Both the position numbers and the translations under genes were made by a program. The notes under the pieces are model-generated. The model did no database searches and had not been told where the DNA came from. It saw only the letters and a list, made by a program, of their open reading frames with translations. A DNA stretch of 62,612 bases, filler included, from Collodictyon triciliatum (taxonomy: Eukaryota): NCBI GenBank assembly GCA_043381765.1. It is 16 parts of 16 records of this genome, joined end to end, with 100 filler letters (N's around TTAATTAATTAA, not from the genome) between each part and the next. Parts side by side here need not be neighbours in the genome. Positions count along the whole stretch, not along the records: positions 36,279 to 40,203 come from JBHJMP010006699.1; positions 40,304 to 44,228 come from JBHJMP010006700.1; positions 44,329 to 48,251 come from JBHJMP010006701.1; positions 48,352 to 52,274 come from JBHJMP010006702.1; 12 more parts are not named here. One strand, written 5' to 3'. Every line of letters starts with the position of its first letter. The first letter of the stretch is position 1. This document shows, piece by piece, positions 39,301-52,166 of the stretch.

Positions 39301-39751
39301 AAAGAGAAGAAGAAAAAGAGAAGAAAAAGAGAAGAAAAAGAGAAGAAAAAGAGAAGAAAAAGAGAAGAAAAAGAGAAGAAAAAGAGAAGAAGAAAAGAAG
39401 AAAGAAAAAGAAAGAGAAAAAGAGAGAGAAAAAAGAGAAGAAAAAAAGAAGAAAGAAAAAGAAGAAGAAGAAAAAAAGACAAATGGAGGGGTTATTCGGG
39501 GAAAATATCGCTACAGTAAACTAGCAATGAGGTGAAGCCTCATGGAAATTGAAAGATGCCTATTATATACATATTGCACTAACTCTTCTCATGGGACTAC
39601 TCTTACAAAGTAATTTGTTCAGGTTTTTTTCAAAAAAAAAGTATGAGTTTTCATGGATTCAATAAAATGTTACCAGTTGGATGGGAAGTGCATCAACAAC
39701 CAGAGCGACGAATGTTAAGAGGAATGCGACACAGCCCAGATATCGGCTCAT
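36390..39751 (-). CDS. Secreted bacterial-type PI-PLC-like phosphodiesterase with C-terminal beta-rich domain (multi-exon, 3' truncated)
   Basis: Signal peptide MSRYLGCVAFLLTFVALVVDA; LRYNQVRQKSAHNSYQR..RSVEMDLY, DWYIYH, PNHEIITVWMD, GWPTLREMRGKFMFV, GFVSRVY, NHIATDKVN; then SGDVEDYQDNFHFTY, LMARAGLESDAAYFAV, PLLFHGIGASGH. Confidence 0.8.
39176..39480. repeat. Purine-only (GA-rich) low-complexity tract inside intron 1 of the PI-PLC-like gene
   Basis: Units such as gagaagaaaaa and gagaagaagaaaaa. Confidence 0.9.
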
Positions 39752-40303
39752 GCTCTCACCGACAAAGAATTTTGTTTCTCTAAGTATTTCACCGGAGGAG
39801 CTTTGTTTTATTCGGTCGTCTTCGTTTTTGTTTTCTAGCGTGTTTGTTTGTTTTCCGTCTTCTCATGTGTCGTTTTTTCGTTTTGTTTGTTTTTCGTTCT
39901 CTCATTTTTTTTATTTTTATTTTTTGTTTGTTTCATTGGAGAGGATTTTGAATCACGAAGTTTTTTTTTTGATTATGAGAGTGGGAACAGAGGCAAGATG
40001 AATCAAAAGCAGCAGCCTTTGCCCGACCCCCGATCCTTGTAGCTTTATCAATACATTTTTCTTTTTCTTTTTCTTTTTCTTTCTCCTTCTCTTTTTCTTT
40101 TTCTTTTTCTTTTTCTTTTTCTTTTTCTTTTTCTTTTTCTTTTTCTTTTTCTTTTTCTTTTTCTTTTTCTTTTTCTTTTTCTTTTTCTTTTACTTTTTCT
40201 TTTNNNNNNNNNNNNNNNNNNNNNNNNNNNNNNNNNNNNNNNNNNNNTTAATTAATTAANNNNNNNNNNNNNNNNNNNNNNNNNNNNNNNNNNNNNNNNN
40301 NNN

Positions 40304-43300
40304 CCTCCCCCCTCCTCCAAGTAGTAGATCGAAACAGTTCCCTTTCCCACGGATTTTGTCTTTTGTCCCTCTCATTTTCAACTGTATCTGAGTTTTGCCC
40401 ATGACTTTAGTTTGAACAATCTCCGATTGAAGATGAATAATTAATTCTTAATATGATAAATTGAATAAAATAATGCGATTCTTCATCTATTCCACGTAGT
40501 TGTCAGATTGAACTATTTATCAAAACGAGACCTAAATTAAGAATGAAGTTTGATAGATAATCTGATAAAAATTAGGCTTTACACACATGTACTTAAAATG
40601 TGCGTAATTGGTTTTTCTATCGTTGAATATCAAGCATGTGACGAATTTTGTGTGATATAAATTTAAAAATTTTTCGTACTTTTCAATTATGATGAGAATT
40701 AGAAGGTAAAATTAGACAAGAATCATGCTTTTTACTATCAGATTCTTGGTCAATCGGGCCCAAAGATTGCACAATTGTTTGTAATGCCCTCAAAGTTTTA
40801 ATTATGTGTTTCTTTTATTATTATAAAAATTAGATAAATGGTACTTGAAACCTTGAGATAAATTTCCTTTCGATGCTATGAATTGGCTTGGTCAACCTAC
40901 TGTATGACTTGTTTATCGCCAAAAAAAATGAGAGCTCCAGAGTCTTTGTAAGATGAAATGGAATGACAGATGGGCCCTTTCTGAAAGTTCATGCAGTGCT
41001 ATTACAAATGGTTTTTTTTTTGAGTTCATCCTAAAATAATTAAAATATTTAAATTGTCAAAAATTTTGTGCTGGTTTTTCTTATCCAAGCACAAGACCCA
41101 GGCTACAGGCCAAACCGCAGGATGCAATTGCTAATGACCGACTACTTCTCCGCCACCCGGCCACCAAGTAGCGTCCATGCAAACGATTGCTAGCGAACCA
41201 AAGCCAATATCTCCACCGTCCTGCACAAAATAGAAAGGAAGAATAAAAAAATAGTCAAATTGTTGTATTAATTACGTATAGATTTTTTTGTTTCAATGAA
41301 ACTCTCTAATGACGTTAAATTAACTCGTGATCGATTTTATCCAACTTGGCTATTTTTAGTTCATACATCATTAAATATCATTTACGCCTTGTGATAAGTA
41401 AAGGTAAAAATTAACTAAGATAGCAAAGAATTAGAATCGAGCGTTTATTTGGAATCATAAAAATTACATGTAGAGATTTTCCCAAAAATGTGTCATACAT
41501 GAATCTGGTTGATTAAAGTATGATTTTGAAATTCAAGGAGTCGATTTGAACGGACGACTATCTTCAGACTATAAGAATGGATAATTCATTATTTATATTT
41601 CCAAAATTTTGAGTAATACTGTAGTTGCTAATTAAAAAAAAGGAACATTTCTTCGGAGTCTGCAAAAATAATTTTACAATATTCTTGCCGGTTCCGCTAA
41701 TGCCTATGCTGAAGAAGTTATGCTGGTTTGCCGGCTGTTGTATGTTATCTGTTGAATACTAGATATACATAAGTCAAGGACATTGGATTTGGAGTCGAAT
41801 AGAATGAACGAATATAAGGAATCTGATCGGAAAGGAGGACAGAATAGTCGCGTGCACTTTCGCCCCAAGGGGATTATTTGGCCTCCGAACAAATTGAAGT
41901 CAGAGTCCTTGGCAGTCGCACCTCTTAAAGGCTGCAACTTTTCTAGACCCTATCGGTTGCATATTGATAAGCCACAAATCCAGACTCCGTACGCTGCTGG
42001 CCTGAACCCCTTAACCGACACGTGTCACTGCTTTCAACCAAGATGCAACAAATACGGCGTCCTGTAAAATTTCTTAAAACCCCCTTCATTCACTTGTATC
42101 GAATAAAGGAAAATATGTATAAAAACGAGGGATTTATTTTTTTCCACCAATAATAGGCGAATCCCATGATAAAGGTCGAGTTGAGAAGAGAAAAGCAAAC
42201 AGATCATCAACCAACCTGAAAGCAAATCCAATACCTAAGAGACGTTCTTAAATTCTACTTTTGAAGGATCTCCATCAAAGTGATCTTATTGTGGGAAGAG
42301 CAACCAGAGATTCAATCACCCCGAAGCTCCTAGAAAGCTTCACAAACTGCATGAGATTGGAATAGAATTCACTTAAAATACTTAGAAACAGCGAATTGAC
42401 AAATCAGCTAAAGCTTCGAAAAAAATAAAAATAGAATCAAGGGGCATTTCATTTAGTGTGTATGCATGGCCAACAATGCTTTGCAACGGAAAGGCTCGGA
42501 AATCCGGATGACGCCAGCTCTCCTTGGCTTGCGAATATTTGTAATTATGAGGGCCCTAAACCCTTTGCAGGAGGGAGGAATAGTTGAATCTATTGTTATT
42601 TGGATATGTAGATGAGTTTTCATGTGTTTTGAGCATTGGTCGGTTCGTGCGCAACATAACCCAGGGATGATGCTGGGCAAGACTAGAGCCAATCACATGA
42701 AGTTTTGCTGAAGGGACTCATCTTTGGCCCGTTCTTGTTTCTTTCATTTTATTTTTATTTGCCAGCTGTTGATAGACTACCCCATTCTCGATCAAGTCTT
42801 CTGACTTTCTGACATAAACAAAAGACTTAGTGTAAACCTCCGCTTTTTTTAATAGAAAATAAAGGTATGTTTTCATGTTGTATTAATCAGTTTGCTTGAC
42901 CTTATGTCGAACGGTGGTTTTTTTTTTTTTTTGTGTTTTGCTAAAAATAATAAGTGTCCAAGCAGAAGGGATTCAATAGATCACTTGTGTTTTGCTGGTC
43001 TTTGGCTTTGGTTCTTGGCTGATTATGTGATTGTGTCGATATGTTTGTGCTGGTGTTGGTGGTGAAGGTGTTTTTAATGTGTGCTTATGATTCGAGTCTG
43101 AAATTGCTATACCCGATTTTAAAGAGTTGGTCGGAGGTTGAAGTACAAAGACATAAGTAAATTTTGTTGTTTTCTTATTACAAACTCTAGTCGCGCAGAG
43201 AAATCCACACCAAAAATCATAGCAAAAATGCTGGACGGAGCAAATGTGGAAAAAATGGGGCTAGTGTCTTATTTATCTGAATAAGCGGGTTTAGTGGTTG

Positions 43301-44228
43301 TTATCAAAGTAAAAATAGCCTGGAATATATATTTTTTTTAATACTGCAACCCAATCTATCACTTCCATCACATTATCAACTTTTCATCGATTCTTTTTTT
43401 TAGTAACGGCCTTTGAACAGAGGGAAATATTGCAACTGCACATAATAAAATGTGTACCTATGGAAAGTACACTCACATTAACACTCACATAGCAAAAAAC
43501 AAAAGCACCAGGACATTGCATTGTATTAGTTGAAGAGAAAAGCACATTGTGTGCATCATTTGGCCCACATATCAACCTTATCCAATCATATATCTGATGG
43601 AAAGAATGCAGTCCGTGATCTAAAAAAACCAGTAAATCAAAGCACTTCGATACATTTCACTGCTGATTGTTTCTCTTGAAAGCACTGCGGGCACATATCG
43701 CTCTTGGAATCCAAAGACTAGTTTGCTAGCTTGTTAACTTCTTTTCCTTCTTTTTTTCAGTAGTTTATTGATCAAACACATCGCCAAAGATGAATACCGT
43801 TTCTTTTAATCAATGTTTTTTTAAAAGGCTGATATTTGATGCGGGGTTAAGTGACGCGCACCACCTTTCGGGGATCTTTATTGACCCATTATAATGGCTT
43901 ACAAAACCCAACACAAAGCAAAGGATTATGCTATAATGTTACTTTTTTTTACTTTTCAAAAGGTATATGTGATATTGTTGGATATTCTGAAAAATAATAA
44001 CTTATTAGATCACTGCTAGAAATCTCTTTTTTTGTAAGTTACTGATCTCATACAGTCGTTAAGGTCAATGTGGCGCATTGATTTTTTCCTTTCATATTTT
44101 ATTTAAAGAAAGTGTTTTATTATGATTCCACAGCCCGCCCTAGTTGTTGCGCCTTGGTTGAAAGCACGAACGCGTTTTGGATTCATATGCAGGTCGGTGT
44201 AGTATAGAAACAAAATTCATGACTCATC
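40304..44228. repeat. Unclassified multi-kb repeat (copy of 32254-36178; related to 9080-11260)
   Basis: See the 32254-36178 entry. It carries the retroposon-like module at ~41690-42115(+) and again at 44140-44228(-). Confidence 0.93.
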
Positions 44229-44328
44229 NNNNNNNNNNNNNNNNNNNNNNNNNNNNNNNNNNNNNNNNNNNNTTAATTAATTAANNNNNNNNNNNNNNNN
44301 NNNNNNNNNNNNNNNNNNNNNNNNNNNN

Positions 44329-45205
44329 CCCGTACATCGCAAGACCCAAGAGCAGCGCATCTCCAAACCCCGAAAGAAATCCCCACCTTAAACTACCCAT
44401 TCAGACTGACGTGAATATGGTTAACATAGGAGGTATCAAGGCAGTCTTCGTTACTTATCCGAAAGGATACTCCAAAGCGAAGGCAACACAAGAACAAGCA
44501 TCCACCAAATATAGTCTGTTTATCCTGTCCAACCTGTCGCACCGAGAAACAAGGAGTGAGAGCAAACAGCACAAGTCGAATCCAAGCTTGGAACTTCACA
44601 AACTAAAAACAAACCGAGTAAGCAGGAGCGTATGTTTCTAAAACCACAAACGCGTATCCATACTCCGGTTAAGCAAAGTCCACTGCCGGCTACGCACGGT
44701 TCTGAAACCAGGGGACGGTCAAGCGCCACTTCCGATTATACCAGACAAACAACGATGTATCGCTTTTTGTCTGAGTCGCCCAGCAAGAAACGCAAGGAAA
44801 GTGACCCGTTGTCCCTCAAAAGACTCATCCAGTGGAATGAAATAGGATGTTAACCTTGTCTGAGATAGATGGTTGAATGGACTCGTCGGAATCGATTTGA
44901 GAAGTAACTGCCATGTGCTTACTTTCATCGACCCGATAACTTTATCCGCTCTTCTGTCAGCCTCGAATACAACCGGAAATCGCGTTGGAGCTGATTCACC
45001 TCGGGTAGAATAGTCTGCGTGTGAGAACACTTTCTCTCCTTTCTATTTTCTCTTTCTCTTTCCTTTTCTTTTTCTTTCCACCCAAAACACAAAACCTCCA
45101 ACCACACAATCCGGGGTTTTCCACTGTCTTGTCCACAGCTCATTTCTTGTCCTAGAGGCGAAGGCGGTTTCCTCGGCTTTGTTTCCTCAATAAACTGTTG
45201 AAAAG
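44329..45205. repeat. Repeat module shared with 11410-11995 (inverted) and partly re-occurring at 47847-48150 (direct, diverged)
   Basis: Shared decayed ORF PQTRIHT.VKQSPLPATHGSETRGRSS..QT.MYRFLS.SPSKKRKESDPLS; acatcgcaagaccc, cattcagactgac and agcaaacagcaca recur at 47850-48090. Confidence 0.88.
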
Positions 45206-45930
45206 AAACCAAAAAAAAAAGACAGTCCAACAAATATTTATTTAGTAGATATTCACAAAATGTATACTGTTACAAAAACAAATATATTTATAGTTTAATT
45301 TATTTTAATCCACACTTTTTTACATGCAGAACAGCACAACAAAAAATGGAAGAGAGATTCAATTTTTATATATCTTTTCATTTTATCACCAATTAAACCT
45401 CATTCCGGTTGTATTTCGCGTTGTGTATCGGCTACAAAAAAACCCAAAACTTCCTGTCTCTCACACGCGTATGGAAGAGTAAAAATTATGTTGTGTATCT
45501 TATCAAGTTTTTATTATTCGTCAATATATATTGTTTTTTGCGCTATTTATTTTATATGTGCACTCAGAGCCGGATTGTGCGTAATAATGCCATGCAATAA
45601 TGGCAAAGTCTTGAATAAATGGAAACATAATCATCGCTAAGACCATTTGTAGGCGTTTTAATCATTATATTTATTGCTCCGGATGTTGCACTTTTGCATT
45701 TATAATATTATCAGAATTAATACCCATGCTTCACAACGAGCGTTTAAAATTCCATTTAAGATAAAGAATATGTAAAACGCTGTCCATATATTATACAAAT
45801 CAACATGAAATTCTACATATCACATATTTTGTGAAAACAGAAGCTTGTATTTTTTGAAAACATTTTAATTTTATTGTTTATATTTTATCTTATTTTTTGT
45901 TTGTTGTTGGATGTGTCCATTAACATTAAC

Positions 45931-45977
<47 letters not shown>

Positions 45978-45985
45978 CATTATTA

Positions 45986-46061
<76 letters not shown>

Positions 46062-49000
46062 CACAAGAAAATAAAAAAACAAAAAAGAAACCTCTCGATG
46101 TACCGGCCTTGCGAAAAAAAATAAAAAGCTATATCCCGTTTCTTCCGACCTTGCCCTGGTATGATGCAATGTGGTCTTCTCGATTCAAAAAAATGGGAAT
46201 TTAGTGCTTTTGAGAAATGTTCAATTTCGAGAATTCAGTAACTGGGATTTTAGGTAAACTCCAACCAAATTCACGGATATTAGACCACACTAGACCACAA
46301 TGCACCACGGTTTAGGAGTATATGTTAGCGGAGGATTCACGATTGAGAATTGTCACTTTGGTTGTGAATTTTTAATATTTATGTAACACGACCAGAACAA
46401 ACAATCATAGGGAATCAACAACTAGTATAAGGGAATGTCACAAAGCAAGCAATCCAAAGACCAGGTAACCAATACCAATGCAGGTGTGTCGGATCTACAG
46501 AACAGACTTCCTGAAGATTTTTTTGACACTGTTGTATCTGGTATTGGAGATTTACCACCAGTACAAAGAAGAGAATCCACACGTCGATCTAACTGACCCT
46601 CAATACCGATATTTACCAAAGTATTTTGATTCTGGACATATGTTAGTTAAATGGCCGAATTCTCCCATATATCAAAAAAATTGTGCTTTGTCTTATGATT
46701 ACATGGTATTTTAAGTTGAAACTTACGATTTTTTTTCAAGATAAGACCTTGAAAAAGTTTGCTTAGATGTTCGAGATATTACAGCCTGAGCTCATAGTTT
46801 TTGGTTTTTTTTATAAAAAAAATGTATGTGTCACGTTTAGTTAAAATATACAGTGATACAAATACAGCTGCTCAACTATAACAAACTCACATAATTTATC
46901 ACTTAAAATTCACAAGAAAAAATTCATAAAAATTGAAGCTCTCTGATGTATCATACGGCTATAACCATAAAACATTAGTCAAAAAATCAGCATGAATCAA
47001 ATTATAGTACATACTTTAAGGCTTACAATCTTACCTTTATTTCAAACTGTAGTGCCAAACCCACCCGATTCATATTCAATTCTAAAAAAAAGTGTATAAC
47101 AAAACCGCCTTCGTATCTGTCTTAGTATTTAATATTCTTTTGAGCTTTAATTAATGCATTTATATAAAATTCAAACACTGCATGGTCAAATATATTATTG
47201 CTTTTTTTGATTTTAAGTTTATTTTGACAAGTTTTAACGAAGATGTGTTTAAAATACGACATAACATATTTCTTAATGGTCAAACAACTGCATAAAAGCT
47301 CAAATGTTTACGTTGCTACAAGTAAATTTTCAGCAATCTCATAAATAAATTGAGTGAAAGCTGCAACGCCCCTGTCAAATACGTTTATACCCAAGCGGCA
47401 ACATAAACTTTGAGGGATATCATATTTTGTCAAATTTTTATCAATATCTTAAATATTTGTTCGCCTCATATGTTCGTGTAATAAAAAAAATTAAATCTCC
47501 TGTATCAAAAAAAACCAAAAAATTTTTCTCTTGTAAATATGATAAAAAGTAAGTGCAGTTAGATGCGTTATAATGATTTTAAAAAAGTATTACCGGTTTC
47601 GGATACAATTTTATAAAATTGGATTTTACGTCAAAGTAAAAAATATTATTCGATATTATTTTGCCTCTCACAAAATAAAAATTAATTCATCGCTCAACAA
47701 TGAACCACGATGGTCTCTCGTAAATTGTATCTTTGGGTATAGTATACCGCTTATGCCTACAGAAATGCGAATTTTTTCTGTAAAACTGATGTCCTATTCC
47801 TATATTCTACCCAAGGAATTCTGATTTACCATAACTCCTTATGTACGCGCACATCGCAAGACCCTAGTACAGTTTACTTCCGAACATGAAAAAATCCTTT
47901 ATTAGATTAATCATTCAGACTGACATGTATATAATTGACATAGAAGACATCAAACCAGCAGTTCTGACATATCAAATAAAATAACCAGCAATAAATAACG
48001 TAAGAATCAACACCCACTACTTGTAGTCTCTTTAACATTTACCCATCCGTCGCACCAAACACCAAGAAGCTACAGCAAACAGCACAGGCCAAATCCAAAC
48101 TTGAAGCTTCACACACAAATGACAGTCCGTGCAAGCAGGAGCACATGTTCCTTTTTTTTCCTTTATTCGATTCAAAGTGTAGCGAGGTTATGCCATACAA
48201 AGGGGCGGGATGGGAGCGCATGGGAGAGAGCAAACGCGAGTAGGAGAAGACNNNNNNNNNNNNNNNNNNNNNNNNNNNNNNNNNNNNNNNNNNNNTTAAT
48301 TAATTAANNNNNNNNNNNNNNNNNNNNNNNNNNNNNNNNNNNNNNNNNNNNAGTGAGTGAGTGAGTGAGTGAGTGAGTGAGTGAGTGAGTGAGTGAGTGA
48401 GTGAGTGAGTGAGTGAGTGAGTGAGTGAGTGAGTGAGTGAGTGAGTGGGTATTTTTTTTAAGAAAAAATGTCATGATGATTAAAAAAAAAAATAATGAAT
48501 TTATACAAATTTATATATATATTATTGAAGTGAAATCTCCAGATAAAAAGGAAAATTAATGGCGAAAAACCAGAGTGCTAGTTTAAAATGAAAAAAAAAA
48601 TATTTGCTCCAGTCGAACCTTGTTATAGGCATTCTGAACAGGAGGGCAGACTGCTGTCATAATGCCTTTATATTCGAATGATAAATCAATAGGAATCAAA
48701 ATGTAAAATTTTATTTTTCTTTATTTCTTTAATTATTTTTTTTTATATTTTTCGGCTTATTATCTTCAAAAACTACAAGAAAATAAGGGGGAAGAGATGA
48801 TAGTTACACGAGTCTGCATGTTGGAAGCAATCAAACAACGAGGAGGTGTAAGTATTCATGGTTCGTTAAGGCGCGCCCTGAACTCTGATCGCAGTCGATC
48901 TCCTATGAGCGGCATTAGTCTAGCGGCTAGTCTCTTGCGGTCGATATGATCATTATCAACATTGGCAATACTCTGCGTCCCTCACAAATTGATCGCTTGT

Positions 49001-49282
49001 GAAATGCAGGAGGCGAAGGAAGCAACAACGCTCAACAGCGACCGCGAAAGGCACGCCACCACAACCTTGCCAAGCAACCCGAACCCAACTTTCTCTTGTT
49101 CTTTTTTCTCATATATATTATCTCTTTGCATTTCTTTACAACTTCGGCCCCCATTCCCAAGACCCTTGCGGAAGACACATGAAAACAGAAATGCAACAAC
49201 ACGTCTGTGCCCACTTCATTATTTGTTTTGTTTTTCTTTTCGTTGTGTTTATTTCAGACTGCTAGTTGCAGCAAGCAGGTCT

Positions 49283-52166
49283 CTAGTGGCGGTTGGTGCG
49301 ACGCAGCTGCTGCACGCCCTCCCCGATTCTGGCCCAATCAATCTGTATCTCGGCGCCCGACTCCGGAGGCTGAATGAACCCGCAGCGAATCAGATATTGG
49401 AAGTAGACAAAGAGCAGGCTGGGGACCGGGTCGGAGGCCGCATCGTCCGGATGCGTCGAGGCAGTGACAAAAGGCGGCGTTTTCGGGCTGTGCCCACCAT
49501 CAGGGCGAGATTCAGATTCAGGGCGAGACTCAGACTCAGACGCTGACTTCGGCTGCGGCTCCGGTGCTGTCACGGATGCAAAGACACGAAGCAGGTTCGA
49601 GCGGAGATAGACGGGGTTTCTGCCCAAGGGCCACGCGTCGGAGAAGTGCGCAAGAACTGGGGCCAAGGCGTTGTCCGCATGGGGCTCGGCCGCGGCGGCT
49701 ATGAGGCGGGCCCTCCAGTCTGTGTAGGAGCAGGCCTCGAGGGCGTAGCCGAAGGAGCGGAGCGCGTCGTAGAGGGCGTTGTGGGGGAGGGGGGCCGGGC
49801 TGACGTGGTGGTAGACGCGGCACAGGGCGGCCGGGATGCGGGTGAGGGCGGCCACATACCCGGCCACGCGGTCGACCGGGGTCATGTCGAAGGCTGCGGC
49901 GGCCGGCATCTGCGGGGCGGCGTGCAGCTGGACGCAGCCTTTGAGGAGGCGGCACAGGAAGTCGTCTGTGTTCCACGCGCCGGTGGCGGCGGCGCCCGTC
50001 ACAAAGCCCGGCCGGTGCACGCAGACAGGCAGGCCCGCAGACCCGGCGTGCAGCACCATCCGCTCAGAAACCCATTTTGTCCGGGGGTATCCTCCGCGCA
50101 CACCCTTTGGCGCGCCCAGCGCGTCCCACTCGGCCACGGCGGGGCGGCCTGCGTGCGCCTGCGAGTCCAGCACGCTGGTGGTGGAGATGTGGTGGAAGGC
50201 CTTTGTGCGGGCCGCTCCGCCCTGGACAGCCAGGCGCAGGGCCTCCAGCGTGCCCGTGACGTTGGCTCCCTTCAGGCGGCCGTATGGCAGCAGCCAGTGC
50301 ACAAACGCCCCGTTGTGCACAATCACGTCCGTCTCCTCCGCAACCCGTGAGTACGTGGGCCCGTCCAGCCCCAGCATCTTCTCCTCCAGGTCTCCGACGC
50401 ATGCCACAATCCGCTCGCGGTATGCCTCCCGCCACACTCCGCACGTCTTCATGCCCCGCTCGATTCTCTCCATCCCTTCCTCGTGGCTTCGGGCTCGCAC
50501 GTGGCAGTACATCTTGGTGGGAGAGCCCTCGAAAGACGCGCCGTGCTGCTCCAGCAGTGCAGCCACAAGGAATGTCCCGAGGAATCCGGTGGCCCCCGTG
50601 ACAAAGATGCCTCTGGGTCGCGTCCACCGTTCGATATCTGCGGCGGCGTACTCTGGGACTTGAATCTCGCGCTCCTCCTGAGGCTCAGAGCCTTTCCCTG
50701 CAATGCTGGCTGGTAGGACAAAGTCTTCCGGAAGTCTGGCTTCCTCCTCCATGTCCAAATCCTCTTCTGAATCGTAGCCATCCTCGTTACCGGACATGCC
50801 CTCGCCCGTGGTTGCTGGGTTGTTTTCTGTCCCCGTCCCACCAGTGCTCTTGGCGTATGCATCGATGGCTTTGCCTAGTTGCTTAATGGTCGGATTCTCT
50901 AGTATCATTCGCATCGGGAAGCTCTGTCCAAACTCAGTTCTCAGGCGAATGTTCATTCTCGTTGCTAAGATACTGTGGCCGCCAAGGTCGAAAAAGTTGT
51001 CATCAACAGAGGTCGGGGTTCGTTCCAGAAGCTCAGCCCAGATCTTTAGGAGTCTTCCCTCTGTAGGGTTGACAAGATGCAGGAGGCTCTCCGCAGATTC
51101 ATTGGACTCTGGTTGTGATGGATTCTGCGCACTTGTTGGGGGAGGAAGTGCTGCGCGGTTAATTTTTCCATTAGGTGTGAGCGGCATGGCCTGTATAATC
51201 ACCACAGCGGCAGGCACCATGTAGGTAGGAAGCTTGGCTTTGAGGAATTCGCGCAGCTCTACAGAAAGTACTGTCGGGTTGATGTCGCCTTTGATGCGCT
51301 CTCCTTTCGAGTCGAATTCTGTCGGTACAACATAGCTCACCAACTTTTTATCGCCCTGCTTGTCGGTGTAAACAACCGTAACATTCTCTTTGACAGAGAG
51401 ATGCTTACTGAGATGGGCATTTACTTCACCCAATTCAATGCGAAATCCTCGAATTTTAACCTGAGTGTTTCAAAGATAACGTATTGAACAAAATCCCAGA
51501 TATATACATATAACAACTGTGTAGATACGGGAAGATAGGAGCATACACATGGGGTTAAATGAGAAGTGAATCAACTCCTCTGTAAATGCACATATCAGGA
51601 ATGTGTGTTTAATTATCAATTACTGTTGGTTTGTATATATATGTAAGTGAATAGAGACCTGGTCATCCGCACGGCCTATGCATTCAACGTTTCCATCAGG
51701 CATGTATCTACCCAAATCTCCTGTCTTGTACATGCGGTCGCCGGTGTCATCAGATTTGAACGGGTTGACAAAGAATCGCTCATTAGTTTGCTCTTGAAGT
51801 CCGATATATCCTTTGGCAAGATGGGGGCTTCTCACTGAATGTTATAAAGTTTAATTGATGAACAGCAAACATACGCAGCGGAACTTCAATTTGTCTTTCT
51901 TCATGGCGTTCACTATTATTGTTATTATTATCATTATTTTCCTAAAGCTCGTATTAAAAAAAAATTCAAGGGTGAGTTAAAATATTACTGAAAATCTCTG
52001 CTGTTTCACCGATACCAGATAATTGGCCGGCAGCGTTAATGACAAGAAGCTCGGCATCTCTCATTCCTCGGCCACAGGGAACCACTTCTTTCATCGCATC
52101 ATATCTCTCAGGGGTAAAATCAACTTCATAAAATCCAACAGCTCTTTGTGTCTCTGTGGAGCCGTA
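49283..52166 (-). CDS. LYS2: L-2-aminoadipate reductase, NRPS-like A-T-R enzyme (5' truncated; exons 52166-51989, 51834-51659, 51460-49283)
   Basis: Lys2-typical [49 protein letters not shown], carrier motif [11 protein letters not shown], reductase motifs [45 protein letters not shown]. Confidence 0.9.

Noticed and set aside
32254-44228. Giant terminal inverted repeats flanking the PI-PLC-like gene (Polinton or composite transposon)
   Set aside because: The three segments are separate contigs; their order and orientation are arbitrary.
46380-46600. MULE transposase remnant (RTNNH) or a 53-aa ORF
   Set aside because: A single short motif with no DDE context.
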